From Bigelowiella natans CCMP2755 (lineage: Eukaryota; Protista; Cercozoa): DNA of 64,000 nt. Below, in pieces: positions 30,533-44,883 of this stretch. The position numbers and the translations under genes are program-made. The DNA is taken from NCBI GenBank assembly GCA_000320545.1, contig ADNK01003452.1, forward strand, positions 6,101-70,100, read 5' to 3'. The notes beneath the pieces are model-generated. The model did no database searches and had not been told where the DNA came from. It was given only the letters and a program-made list of their open reading frames with translations. How positions within the stretch are numbered: position 1 is the stretch's first letter; the number at the start of each line of letters is the position of its first letter.

Positions 30533-31030
30533 ATTAGATATTTATATTCCAGTGTGTATCTCGATCTACCCTTGCCCCGAGCAATTGCTTGTGAATCTCG
30601 CCCCCTGTTTCGTTGTGGTCCCCGGTAGGTTTATTAAAGGATGCTGTCTGTCCTCCAGATAATAATAGGCTACACACGGTTGGAGTACTTAGATAGTTGT
30701 CGCATATATTCTTTCCTATTATAAGTTTTTTTGGGACTCAACAGTCTAGGTTGAACGGCCTCAAGATTGGGTCGAAATGATAGTAGTAGCAGACCACGGT
30801 GAATGTTCCGTTGTAGGAAGGTAGGATGTGACCTAACCCACCAATTATTCTCATCAATTTGAATTCGGTTTTCAAACTTCGGATTCCACAGCCGAAAAAT
30901 TAAATCGAGGATGTTCGCATCATTGTGTGGTGATTTTGGTAAAAATGAAGTCGAGAAATTATTTGGAACGGGCTTCCCGTAATGGATCTGTGTTTTAACA
31001 ATTTCAGCTGTTGTAAGTGTTTCTGCTACA
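18318..31030 (-). CDS. Long multi-exon gene (or 2-3 tandem genes), unknown; includes a jacalin-like beta-prism motif and acidic and Pro/Ser-rich exons
   Basis: Large coding exons 20810-21315, 21860-22170, 22360-22610, 23565-24175, 25445-25890 (GAEIGLEFTTNQGRTVFFG resembles the jacalin LxFxTNxGRT motif), 28640-28785, 29185-29400; possible last exon AGFLVHESDFPSAKKRPKTFVVKTKDP*. Gene number and boundaries unresolved. Confidence 0.45.
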
Positions 31031-31435
31031 TCTTTTGTTAGTCAGATATTCAAGCACGGGAACTCAGAACCGGACTTCAGTTTCATTTTTGGTGTTACAG
31101 GCACGTTGTCGTAGATTATGATTACATGTGATTTTGCTACTTTTTGGCATGTATATTGATGTCGTTCATGATTATTGGGTAGGGAACGTTGCCAAGAAAT
31201 CTATCTCCAGAATGAAGAATTGTTGATCATCTATTATCCGAAGAACAAATACTCCTCGCCCCCATCTTCAAACAGAACAAACAGAACAAACGCTCAGGGC
31301 TCCATGTATGTATTCCGATTAGAATTGACAATTTCTCCCAGCAATCTTATCAGTTTGGTATGGGTTGTACTCCTCCTGTGTTGTCTTAAAATGTAGTAGC
31401 AGTAGTAGCAGTACTTGCTGGTGGAGGTGGGAACA

Positions 31436-32483
31436 ATGGCAGCCGAACGAAAACGGGGTCTCACCCAACAAGAAATCGATAAAATGAGAGCTGAGAAAAC
31501 AGCTGAACTGATGAAGCAGGTTATTTTGATTAATCCTACCGAGAAAATGCTTCAATTGGTGGTTGGGAGGAAGCTTGGGAACATTGTAGTAGCAGTAGTA
31601 GTTGCTACTCTGATGTCGCCTGATAGCCAACTGCCGTGATCATCAGGCTGATTTAAGATCTCGAAAGGCTGAAGTTACTGTGAAAGTAATTATTACGATT
31701 TGTGCTACTGCCCACGATGTGAATGGAGCAGTAACAATAGAGCTGACTATTGATAATAATACACATGTTAGATATCGCTCGCACATGTAGGTATCTGTAT
31801 TTGTATTGCTTCTTATCTTGTCCATTCTCAACACACGCCAGAAGGCAAAACAATAGCATTGAAAGATAGAAACATATATGCTGCTCTCACTGATGGATTA
31901 CTAATTCAGAGTCGATACGCATCTTATGTGATCGGAGAACTTGATGATAACGCCATAGTACTCTTTGGTTTCTAATTCCTCTTAACTGATTCAAATACCT
32001 ATTCAAATATTTGTAACGTACCAACAAGAATAAGGGAGAGAAATGGGGCAATCCATTGGACAAAATTTTTACCTACAAATGTTTATCTATTCGAGTATAT
32101 TCATTTCAATATGGTTTTGCACGTTTTGTAGTAGCCTACATTGTTGTCTTTTACATCATCAGCTGCTGAATCACAACCTCAGTCGTAATTGTCTTTTACA
32201 TGATCAGCTGCTGAATCACAACCTCAGTCGTAGTTTTGTCCATTATTCAGTGTGTAGTACAAGTGCCGTTGAGCATCAAACCAGGAATGAGCTTCTTAGT
32301 GAGGTGACTTGCTTCGATCATTGTCAAATAAACTTACGAACACACACTACGTTAAAGCACAACACGATGCTGCTGCTGACTATGGAAGCATGTTAACAAT
32401 GACATTCATACGCTCTCATCTACTACCTCTATCATCGTCGTCGTCATTGTCACCACCCAACAATACTTTCCCTACAATTATTG

Positions 32484-32522
<39 letters not shown>

Positions 32523-33034
32523 AGAGTTGGTGACGAAGAAGATCTGGTGTCTATTACCCCCCCCCCCGGAACAGGTAGTAAGTTGTACCTGTTTTCAACC
32601 AATCAGTGCTACTACTTTAAAAGTAAAAGCCACGCAGCGAGGAGGGAGGGAACGACCTCATACATGAGCATGATTGATGAAGACACAACTGAATACCGGT
32701 TGAGTGCTGCCAAAGTGTGTTGTATCATTTCCCTGATCATCCTCTGCTGAGCTATCATGATAACGACGACGATGATGATGTTGATGATGATGATGCTGGT
32801 GTGTTCTTTCTACCTGCTCTTCCTCCTTCCTCCTCCTCCCCATATTTGTTGATAAGGACCAGGAACCTTCCTCAAGTTCAATCTTCATGAAACAGAGGTA
32901 GTAGAAGTATAATCACTGCTTTACAGTAAATCAGTTAATAGTGGTGAGGAAAGGGGTGTATTATATCGTAACAATTAAACGATAACACCTGGTTATAGTA
33001 CGTGTTTCGAGCGTTGAGATCTCTTCCATCTTAC

Positions 33035-33075
<41 letters not shown>

Positions 33076-34024
33076 TTTCCCTCTCTCCCTCTCCCTCTCC
33101 CTCTCTCTCAATTTCTTTACTATTCTTCCTCTCTCTCATTTACTCCTCTTGTTTGGATGTTATGTTCATGAACGACGATGATGATGATACTACAAGTATT
33201 AAGATTATTACCTAAATTAGTTGTCTGTTTAGCTACATAATGTGGCTCTTCTGCGTCTGTGTAAAATATTGATGATAATAATTGCTGATGTCGTTTTCGT
33301 GTATGCTTATGTTTGCTTATGTTTAGTCCCTCTCTCGATCATTGTTTCATTCATAATCACAGCTACGAGCGTTTGCTTGTGTAGATCACTTTTTGTATGA
33401 TAAATAACTCAATTCAGTCGGCAAAAGACTTGGACGAGATCAGGATTGAGAAGTAAGTACTATGATGGATTTGATAGTGTACCTAGAGACTATATAACCA
33501 TTGTTTTCGTGATTTACCAGTAGCATGGGGAAAATGATGCAAAAAGACTTATTATTGAAGTTAGGAACCAACTATACTTTTTACTATTACTCTGTATCTA
33601 TTAGAACATCGATAGCAAGTAGTTCCACTTCGTTAGTATGTAGTATTAGCATACACTGCTGTAAAGTCATTTCAGTGTAGGCCCCTGAGAATACAGAAGT
33701 CATCACTACTAGTTGTAGTTGAGTGTTGTCGGTTGCACATATGTTAATACCTTGCTGCCTTGTCATGTGGTCAAGGAGCGTACAATTAAGTACATTATTC
33801 CTGTGCGCACTACTACCTCCTAGGAAAATGATTGAGAAAGAGGACAGAGAAGGCGGGGGGGCAGATGAAGGAGGTTATCTCTTAATTCGTAGATAGTTTA
33901 AAAGAAGAAGAAGAAGAAGAAGAAGAAGAAGAAGAAGAAGAAGAGGAAGAGGAAAAACCAAGAGAGTAACAGGGGCACACACACCCACACAAACACACAA
34001 ACACACACACACACACATATATAA

Positions 34025-34064
<40 letters not shown>

Positions 34065-34151
34065 TATGTGAATATATATCTTAAGGAGTGAAAGTCGAAG
34101 GATATTTGCTTAAAAGAGGGTTTGTTACACAATCATCAAAATTATATAAAT

Positions 34152-34190
<39 letters not shown>

Positions 34191-34938
34191 TTATATATAA
34201 ATATACACAATCATCAAAATAAGAAGGAAGGTTCTCGGCATACAGAAGCATAATTAATGATGACAACAGTGGTAGTAGTAACACACATAGTATATGATGA
34301 TGCGTGATGATGATGCTTTAGGTTGATAAACAAGGCGTACAAGCGTCGTTATTTCCGCTTAATTAACGGACAACTTCGATATTTTGCCTTGAAGTCTTCA
34401 CCGATGAACAAGATAAAGGGGTAAGTAAGTAAGTAAGTAAGTAAGTATGTGGTAGGTAATGCAACATAGCTTACCTTCATAACGGGCTTCTATTACGAGT
34501 GGATCTTCAACAAATGCTGCATGCAGATGTGCGTTCTTGTTAGGGTCAACATGACAGCATTATAGATGGGGTTGGACTTATTACCACCTCATGGGATGGT
34601 GATTTTCCTTCAGTATCATCAGGCTGGCATTGCATACATTTGAAAAGAACGTTGGGGAAGAGTACGGGTAAATATATAAATTGATAGCAAGACTCTACAA
34701 ACCTTAGCATGTGTACCTACAACATAGAAGCAGCACGCTCTAATGCGAATGAAGCATGATCTCACGATATGCGTGATGTATTTTTCTACCTGCGGTTGCG
34801 TTATTAATGGTGATTTGACCTTGTTTCAGATTTCGTATAGTTCATTCTGAGAGGTCATTCACATTGAAGGCGGAGTCTAAGGAAGATTTTGAGATGTGGC
34901 AAAATGCGTTAAAAAATATGTTACCAACCTCATGTTGA
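31436..34938 (+). CDS. PH-domain protein, multi-exon
   Basis: ATG 31436 MAAERKRGLTQQEIDK; C-terminal exons VKVEGYLLKE | LINKAYKRRYFRLINGQLRYF...KIKG | FRIVHSERSFTLKAESKEDFEMWQNALK follow the PH fold pattern including the helix Trp; TGA 34936-34938. Confidence 0.8.
32144..32232. repeat. 45-bp tandem duplication (2 copies), apparently intronic
   Basis: ttgtcttttacat(c/g)atcagctgctgaatcacaacctcagtcgta at 32144-32187 and 32189-32232, one mismatch. Confidence 0.9.
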
Positions 34939-36000
34939 CTGAAATATAGCCTATGAGAGAAGAGCCCATTCTAACCTACCATTCTGTGATCAATATTGGG
35001 ATATAAGATTTTCTAGCTTTCACTGCTGCTGCAGCAAAAAGGCTACACACATAGAGTAGCAGCATTTATATGTGCAGTTTCTTTCTTAGCGGCATAAGGC
35101 TGTATAACTGTATTAGACAGCAGATTTTATTCCGACCGATGTTAATAATGATGTTTGCATGCCGCAGTGTTCAGATTCTTTTAGTTGAAGCATTATTAGC
35201 TTGTACTACCTACAGCTATTCTGTGGATGTAACTAATTGCATGTCGATCGCAATCTCGTCGTATCTTGTCATAATAATAGACACAGTAATAACATATATA
35301 TCATATATGCTGTGACCATTCGTACGCGTACGTCGTCTAAGTCTTTGCGCGACTTATTACATGAGGAACAGCAGCTTGCAGAACGAGTGATGACGTGTGT
35401 TGCCTGTACGTTGCCACAAATATGTGCGACACGCGCTGCAAGCATTCTCTAGCAGATCATGTCTGGTAGATATGAACATAGGAATGTAGCCTAGCACAGC
35501 TGGAAGATGGTGTCACATGCTAGCTAGCTTGCGGTAGTGCGGTCCAAGTAAGCGCGCGTATGTTGCATATCATACCAGTAGACCAGTCAAAAGCTTCGTG
35601 TTCTTTAGTGCGCAGTAGTGCATATCATCAAAGTTAGACATAGAATGTGAAATGGAAAAATCAAGTAGGGCAAGTGAAGCTAAGAAATACAATTAGCGCC
35701 GGGATGTATGCTAATGTACACGAGCGCTGTACGCCAGGGCGCAATTGCATAGGGATATGCTATATGCACCAGTCATTGCGCATCGTGATACTTCAAGTCA
35801 TATTTTTATTTGTGTAGATTATTTTTTCCTATGCTATGAGCTATATGCATCGCATTTATTTGTCTTTTGTTGATAAAGGTTATTCGGCAGCGCACTGCCT
35901 TGAAACAATGTGACCGTATAATGCTCACCACATATCCGCTTTTGTTCTTCTTAGGCCGTTTCACTTGCAGTATCATTGCCATCTTATAATAGTTGTTGCT

Positions 36001-36091
36001 TCATTTCCACCATTTTTCGAACGCCTCTTCCCATCTCTCAATGGTCGGTAAACCGACACCTAGTAGCACAAATAACCCGATATTAATATTA

Positions 36092-36135
<44 letters not shown>

Positions 36136-38054
36136 TTGATTATATAATGTCACCTCAGTCTTCATTCATCGTCGTTCATCATCACTATTCTATCACTATT
36201 CTATGCATCAGGTCAACAATAGTCACTGCGTAATAAGTTGCTAATCAACTAACCTCTTTGCACAACTCTTCCTAGCTCATCAGTAGCAAGAACGATGCCT
36301 TCGTTGAAGATATTCTTATTTCCCTGGTCAAAGCCATATTTAAACTCCTGGGCCATCAATGAGCGCCTGTGTGTTGTTGTTGTTGTTGCCGTTATCATCC
36401 ATCGTTTTTTAGCATCATGCAGCACAAAATCACCAAGTCAGCATCATCATTCACTAGAAATCAAGTTGTAGTAGTAGTAATAGTAGTAGTATTAATAGTG
36501 TACACTCGCAGAAGAAACAGTGACGAACCAACATCGTATCACTATGTAGCATCAACCACATATAACCAACCGAATGAATGGAAATATGTTCAATGCAAGC
36601 TTGTTATGGCCGTGTTGCTTGCTCGTAAAATAATTAGAAGCAACAACAAGAACAACAATAACAATAACAGTGTAAGTATGTAAGTACGTACCATCGCTCC
36701 ATTTCTTGAGGAACAGCGACAAACCTTGGAGTTTTGTTGTTATAATAACACCAAGAAGATAATGATGATGATGATGATGATGTCGATGATGATGAGAATT
36801 TGGAACAAGAACAAGAAGAAGAAGAAGGAGAAAAACAATATGTTATTGTCGTATGAGCACAATAAACCATCATCATTATTCTCTTCCCATCATCATCATC
36901 ATCATCATCATCATCATTATCATCATCATAATCCTTAATATAAAAACAGTAGTTGATGGTGAAAGGACGAGGGCATAAACAGCACAGCACTTATCATATG
37001 CGGTAGGTAAGGGAATTAGAGATGTGATACAATCGAAACAAACACCATGGCATCACAGTAATAATTATTACTCTAATTGATTTTTCCCCCCAATCTTTGG
37101 CATTTGAATGACGTTACTGTTGGGGTCTGCCATAACCACCTAGTATGCATCGATCATCATCATCATCATCATCATATAGTTGACAATAATAAGTGGAAGT
37201 AAGGAAAAGAGGAAGATAAAACGATCAGAAAGAAATAAACACACACACACACAAACACACACACACAAACATAGAACATCATTGCTTCATAGTCTCTATT
37301 TCTCTCTATCTCTCCCAGTTTCCCTCGCCACAACAACAACAAATACTACTACTAATACTACTACTAATACTACCGGAACAATAGAAACCCTCTCTTTGCT
37401 AAACTTTGAGACTCCTATTGAAACCCCTTTTGCATCTGCCTTTTTTGCATTCCTAAAGATGATGATGATGATGGGTTGTTGAGGATACCACAATGGTGTG
37501 TCATATCATCATCATCATCATCATCATCAATCATCATCACACATGCTAAAATGGATCATCATTCAATTCGCTGCTACTGGCTGCTGCTAAGTCGTCAGGC
37601 ACACTGTTTCTTGCTGCAGCATCATCATCTTTAAGTATTGATTGAGCATGTACTTTGAGATAATAAACAACATTCCTATTACTACAACTATAGTACCTGA
37701 GACTATCAACAATAAATTTGGCATTTCCAGCCAAGATAACAACACGTCGAGAACCAGAACTCGCATCACCTACATACGTACGTACAGGTATATGAGAGGA
37801 AGAAGAAGAAGAGGAGGGAAAATATCATTTTCACTATTAAGAAGAGGCCACGTACAAGGAGAGGAGGAGGAGTAGCATCGTTCTCACCATTCAAAGTAAA
37901 AGGACAAAGCTTACAAGATTGTCATCATCATCCTCTCCTTCTTCTTCTTCTTCATCATCATCATCATCTACCAGCTCTGAAGTCTTTGAGAGTCGTTGTG
38001 CGTGTATCCAAACCAACATCACTGTCTGTAAACCCCCTTGCATTGTTCCCCCTT

Positions 38055-38098
<44 letters not shown>

Positions 38099-38307
38099 AG
38101 AGAGAAGAAAGCCACGATGTTATTATTCATATATAAGTGTTCCAATCAATGCCATATCATGGATAATTAACGATTGGTGATCCAACAAACAACTTATGAA
38201 CAGGAAAGACTGTTTACACAAAGACAAAATGTGCCCAACCGACAACTTCTACTATTTCTGGTGAAAAGGTTTGAGAACAACAACAACAACCACAACATCA
38301 TGTACTA

Positions 38308-38339
<32 letters not shown>

Positions 38340-39104
38340 GTTTGAAAACGTGTTTACAGAAGTGTTGTCAATGTTGAAGGTGCACAGTATAGTCAGTAGT
38401 GAGGAGCTATACTAATAGTAGCTGTAGCAGCAGCAGCAGCAGTAGTAGTAGCACGCACGTTGATGATGCCTTTGATTTTATGCTAACTTTCATATTTGAC
38501 ATCTGAAACAGAAGGAGGAAGATTATAAGAGAAGAGAAGAGGCAGATAAGAACACACAGCGATAAAATAGCAGCATGTGAGAGCATGTTCTCTTTTTCAT
38601 AATCATCATCATTATCATCATCATCATTATCATGATTCATCATGCACTGATTCGCATACTCATCAACGTTCTTGCTGTCGTTGGATCAGTACACACATCG
38701 ATCATGTACTTTCACTTCCTAGTTAGTACATCAACTGGTATTGCTGCTGCTGCTGCTGCTACTGATTGTGGGTGGTGGTACTACCTTCTTAACCCTCTCA
38801 GTTGCGTTTTTAAGCAGATCTCTGAATTCTGATATTTGCCTGCAATGTTCGTAGCCAAAAGTAAGTAAGTTTCGATAATAAATTAGAGGAACATCAATCA
38901 TTCATAATCCCTCCATTACCTACTTACATGCGACGTTATACTAACTGCTGCTACTACTGCACTGCTACTACTACTACTACTACTACTACTCGTGTTTTCA
39001 TCTAAAGATTCAAACTAAATAATAGTGATAGTGATAGATGTAGCAAATCAGGGAGGAGCTCCTACTGCTTCTGCTACTGCTGCTCAATGAACGACGTATA
39101 TTCA

Positions 39105-39142
<38 letters not shown>

Positions 39143-39485
39143 GGGGTAGCACATAAAACACACGACGACGACGACGCACACGTACTCTTTATCTTTATCA
39201 TTCCCCTTGAGCTCTTGCTTTAAAAGAAACACCATTCCCAGCGCAATTCCAGTGTTAATGGCCAAGTTCTGAAAGAATACCATAACATCAATAACATCAA
39301 TCGTCGTAGGAAAAAACATTTATAGTCATATGCAGTTGTCTTCTCTTTTGATCATTCTTCTTCTTCCTCTTTCCCCCTTTCCTCCTTATCTTCCAGCGTT
39401 GGAACATAATAGGGAAGCTTCTTATATCAGTGCAATTCGTGCTGTTGCTCATGTCTGCGGTTGCTAAGTTGTCGTCGTAGTCGTT

Positions 39486-39522
<37 letters not shown>

Positions 39523-39575
39523 TTGTCGTTGTCGTTGTTGTTGTCGTTGTTGTTGTCGTTGTTGTTGTCGTTGTT

Positions 39576-39613
<38 letters not shown>

Positions 39614-39803
39614 ATATGATCTCCAATTGCTGTTGCCATTTTTAATGAGTAGTACCTGTGACGCTTGCTCAAGAGGAATCGTTTCCTTCCCAGTTAATGC
39701 ACCTTTTTTACAATAAAACACATATGCAACCAAACATTCATATATTTATACAAATATTATAGATTATTTGTGCGTGTGTGTCTGTGTGCCTACGTGTGTG
39801 TGT

Positions 39804-39844
<41 letters not shown>

Positions 39845-40718
39845 ATCGCAATCTCGAAAGATATATATCATCACAGCTACTCATCAACAAAACCAAGCAG
39901 TATGTTCTCCAAAAGGCTAGTCTAGAGTGAGTTGAATACTAATCTGGTACTGGTGGTGGCATCTGCCTCTCTATAGTTTGTATTGCTCAAGACACTAAAG
40001 ACCCAATTCCTACCTATAGTCTGCGTTGCTGACACTAAAGATCCAAGACCGGAAGCGACTCCAGCACCTAGACATCATCATCATCAGCATAGATCATATA
40101 AGCCTTCTTTTTTATGACCACTGCTATACTTCCATCCTCCCATCTCCGAAGCAGTTTTCAGAAAAGGAGGGGAGGGGGGAGAGGAAGATAGGTACATCTC
40201 TGCTTCTGATGTTACCACTATATCCGGTAAATAGTGTAGTATTCTATATTCCATCATTCTCCTTCGTTTATGCTATGCATGACCATATTTTATGCTATAT
40301 AAAAAAGAATAATATGCTTACTTAAATAACTTAGTACTACTACTACCTCCCCAAATGAATTGTCTAAATCGACGGAATGGGTTGCGCACCTGATGATAAA
40401 AACAAAAATCAAAAGAAGAAATCAAAATTTATCCAAGTGAGGTAGGAGAGAGGGAGAGAGATATGAAGAAAACAGTAGCGATGGTGTTGTTAATTCTCTC
40501 TCCCATCATCACCATCATCACCATCACCACCATCGTCCTTTCTTCCTTCTAATCATCATCATGCCTTCTCTATGACTGTACTACTACGTCTACTACTACT
40601 ACTACTACAACTACTATGTTTCCTTTTCAGTGATCCTCCTCCTCCTCCTATAGCTGCACTACAACTATGTTTCCTTTTCAATTCTCCTCCTCCTATCTTC
40701 CTCCCTCCTCCCTCCTAC

Positions 40719-40754
<36 letters not shown>

Positions 40755-41390
40755 TGCTATATGCTATTTTCCTACTCCTAGAAACAAACGGGAATATGGA
40801 GGGGGGGGGAGGAGGAGGACAAATATACGTATGATGCAACAATAAAAACATCCAAATGCTGCGTGTAATGAACATTTAGGGGTAGTTATCTCTTCTTGTG
40901 AGTTATTTTTTGGTCTCCCTTTCATTTCATTTCCTTTCTTCGTCCTTCTTTACTCTAGTACATACTTCTGCTTCTAGTTCCAGAGAGGTAGTTGAAGATG
41001 AAACGTCGGTCCCTCCTTTTATTTTAATTGGTATGGTAGAGACTGTCATCATCATCATCACCACCATCATCATCATCGTTGATCATATCAGCATCATTAA
41101 TCATCATCACCATCACCATCATCATCACCATCACTTTATGATACATAAACAGGATATGATCAATGATCATAGTCGTATACGATATATCTCTGGTGTTGAC
41201 TGTGTCTACTGTTTGATTAATTACGAATCCGTACTACTACTACTATTTGTACACTACTACTACTACTACTATTTGTACACTACTACTAGTAGTAGTCGTA
41301 TATCTTAGATGTTCTTCTAACAACAAACCACTTATTGAAGCGATAAGCTCTTGAAACCCCTCTGCCTTACCTATTTGTTAAAATGGGGAG

Positions 41391-41434
<44 letters not shown>

Positions 41435-41696
41435 GGGGGGGGGGACATCATCATCATCATCATTGTCATATTAATTCATTATTACATACATCAATTGTCA
41501 TCAGCATTAAAGAATCTGCATTATTCGTTGCAGTTTAAGCTTCCCCATCAGCATCAACATCAGCAGCACAAAGCAGCACTGGATGATAGTATCTTTACAG
41601 TACCAATGATAATCTACTAATAGCCATTTATCCATAACTATCTTCACTACTACTGTTATGTAACTACTACTATTACTACTACTATTACTACTACTA

Positions 41697-41728
<32 letters not shown>

Positions 41729-42821
41729 ACGATATAATAACTAATACAACTACTACTATTACAAATACGTACGTAGAGGCGCCAAGTCAGCATCTTTTAG
41801 AATCTATATAGCACGCAAAAATAAGTATTGTAACAATTAGTATAGAGCAGTAAATTAGTGACATATATAAGGAAGAAAACATAGCATCACTTATTGTCGT
41901 ATGTTGTGAATTCTCCTCTCATTGTGCATAACATAACATCATTTGTCCTCTTTTTCTTCTTCTTCTCCTTCTTCTTCTTCTTCTTCTTCTTCTTCTTCTT
42001 CTTCTACTCATCACAATCCTCATAATCATGATCGTAGTACTTGCTTAGCTTCATCGTATCCCATCTCCACGGCCTACCCACACAAAGAACTAGATAAGCA
42101 ATTAAGTACTACATACAATGTACGATTATTCTAGCAAATGCAGCAGTAACAGCAGCTCATGTAGCCTCTTCTTTCAATGCTGGTTACCTCTCGCATCATC
42201 ATCATCATCATCATCATAATCATCATCATCATGGTTAAAGAGTATTATTAGGGTATTATGGTCATTAGGAAGGGGGGTGGGTTAGACAGGAGGATTGATC
42301 AACACAAATAGCACCTGTCTTAGTGCATTTAGTCCTTCATCAGCCCTCTTCAACTTTGCGTAGCTTTGGGTCAGCAGGTTGAGGAAGAGGAGGAGGAGGA
42401 GGAGGAGGAGGAGGAGGAGGAGGGGGCATCAGTATTAGGAAAGAAGCAGCATCAGCAGCCTCAGCATACATATTGTGATGTCAGTATTATTATAGGGTAG
42501 AGGATGATGTGCCCATGTTTGCATAATACGAAGTTTTTGTGTATCTTCTTCTTATTTCTGTGATGATAAGTCATTATCGTTGACCATTCTTCCATGGCTC
42601 CATATTACAACAGCAACAACAACAACAACATACCAGCAGGCCATATCGTAGTATGCAGCTTGTTTTTCGGCCTTTTCATTCTAAATAATTCAACAGTTGT
42701 TATAAAACAACAGACCCTCCCCTCTCCGTCTCTCCACACACAGCTTCAAATGGATAATACTTCTTTCTTACAAGTTACTCATACATTCCCCTCTCCACCA
42801 CACTACTACAATTACTACTAC

Positions 42822-42875
<54 letters not shown>

Positions 42876-44260
42876 CACACTAAAAACACAATAACCACCT
42901 GCTTTGGAGGTAGTGATAAAGCAGCCTCAAACATAGAAAGGGCAGCTACGTACTCGCCTGGTGAGGAATAGGTTAATACTGTTAATAATGCTGATTCTAC
43001 TGTTACAATGACGACATCATCAGTGATCTCTACAACACCAATAACAACAATAACAAGAAATACTACTACTACTACCTTTTTCATATTGTTTTAGGCCTTC
43101 TTCCACAGCAGCACGAATCGTCGTCTATTTATCAAGGGAGTCAGTGCTTCTTCTTCTCCCTCCATAGGTGATGTGTTAGAGTAGGCTTGTTATTTTACTC
43201 ACAGCCTTGGGTGATAAAAACGCGGAGGTGGAGGATGAGGAGGATGACCCAGCTGAGACTCTTAGTATTCTTCGTCTCTGGCTAAGATGCAGCTGTTCTA
43301 AGCCTACTGCGGATGCCTTCATTTTATCTTGATCAGAGTATTCATCTGCTGGATGATAAGAGTAGTGGCGAGAAAACCAATTTTGTTAGGTTCATTGTGG
43401 AGAATGTAGTTTACCAAAGAGGATGAAACATCAAGTGAACGTAGTATCCCTCTCATTTTTGTGTTTTTAAGACTATTGTGTCTCCACCACAACCTTTTAT
43501 TAGCATATTATCAAATACCGTTCAAGTTGAGAAAGATTGATCGTCGCGTTGGTCGGTTGCTATAGCGGTATAGTGGTGATATTGAGGAATATTTCCCTGA
43601 TAATGATTTACAAGATTGAAGATCATTTGTTCAGTATTTATGATAACCGAATAACGTGTACAACGAAGCCTTGTTTCAGATATCAATTCGCTGCGACTGT
43701 GGGTAGTTCGTTACATAATAATCCTTCTTACAGAGGTTAGATTTTGTACAGTTTGTATACAATAGTCCTTATATAGAGGTTAGAATGTGAGTAGTTCGTC
43801 GCTCAATATTGTAATTATTACCGAGCAGCTTAGATGATGAAGAAGTAGAATAAGGCAATGTTTTTACCACCCGTCCATGGATAGTGTACGAAACGCTCAA
43901 GAAAAACCAGAATATAGAGTTAAGCATCGCGGGTGGTCTCTGAAAGATACTATAAGCGTCCCGTGCACCTCTGCCAACTAACAAACAAAGCACGACCGTA
44001 AATTCTTACGCTTCGCTTTATTGCTGTATGAAATGATATACTTGCTGCTTCTGTGCTATTACAATCTTCATTGTAACAGATACGGATGATAGTATGAGTA
44101 TCCTTCGCCTTAGGTCTAGTATCTTATGTTAGTCTTACCTCCGTTGCGTTCCTGCCGAGAGAAAGAGAGGAGGAGTGGGGGAGAAGTAGTATGAGATGAA
44201 GGAAAGCTACTGCTGTTAAAGGAAATAAATTAGACCTATTTTCCATCTGCGACATCATCA
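36001..44260 (-). CDS. LPA1: LOW PSII ACCUMULATION 1-like (TPR + DUF3493) thylakoid assembly factor, multi-exon
   Basis: Exons collinear with plant LPA1 as recalled: YVAALSMFEAALSLPPK (TPR, ~42900-42955), VRNPFRRFRQFIWG (40345-40390; cf. EVRAPFRGVRKFF), NLAINTGIALGMVFLLKQE (39210-39268), KERVSIVP, RFVAVPQEMERW, IVLATDELGRVVQR|GVGLPTIERWEEAFEKWWK*; TGA 36003-36001. Start approximate; long N-terminal leader. Confidence 0.75.
39480..39612. repeat. Compound (TCGTTG)n/(TTG)n microsatellite
   Basis: About 130 bp of gtcgtt/gttgtt units; source of the poly-DN, poly-QR and poly-T pseudo-ORFs. Confidence 0.9.
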
Positions 44261-44756
44261 TCATCTCGTCGTTCGAAACTAATCAACACTCGATGCAAAA
44301 TATACCGCGTAGTGTGCTCTTCGTCTGAGGAAATAAAATGTCTCGATCGTGAAATTGTGCGGAAAAGTTATAATTTTTAAAATATCTCAAATTATATAAG
44401 TTCTGAAGAAAGCGACTGAATAAATAGTAAATTTTTTTAGTAAAACGGTATCTTTAGTCAATCTTAACTCTCACCAAATGTCAACTACTACAAGCTATAG
44501 AGCATGATTGGCATTCTAAAAGTGCGTCTTACATAATATGTTGTCGCAGATTTAAGAAGCATAGAGCGAAAAGGCGCTTTCATCTCTGCCCCCATACCAC
44601 TTCTCATAGTACTTCTTTTCCTTCTTCGGTTCGCCGCCTCGTGTACACCTCCCCCTTCCTGAAAATTAAAAAAAACGATCAGATTTCTGTATAAATGTGT
44701 ATAAAATGCATAACTATTTACATGTTTGTGTGTGTTTGTGTTTGTGCGTGCGTGCA

Positions 44757-44787
<31 letters not shown>

Positions 44788-44883
44788 ATATTTTTATCCC
44801 AAAACATCATATATGCATTCTCTTACATCATCTTCAAAGTATAATGAAATATTATTATTGTAATGGGACATATCCAGGTGAAA

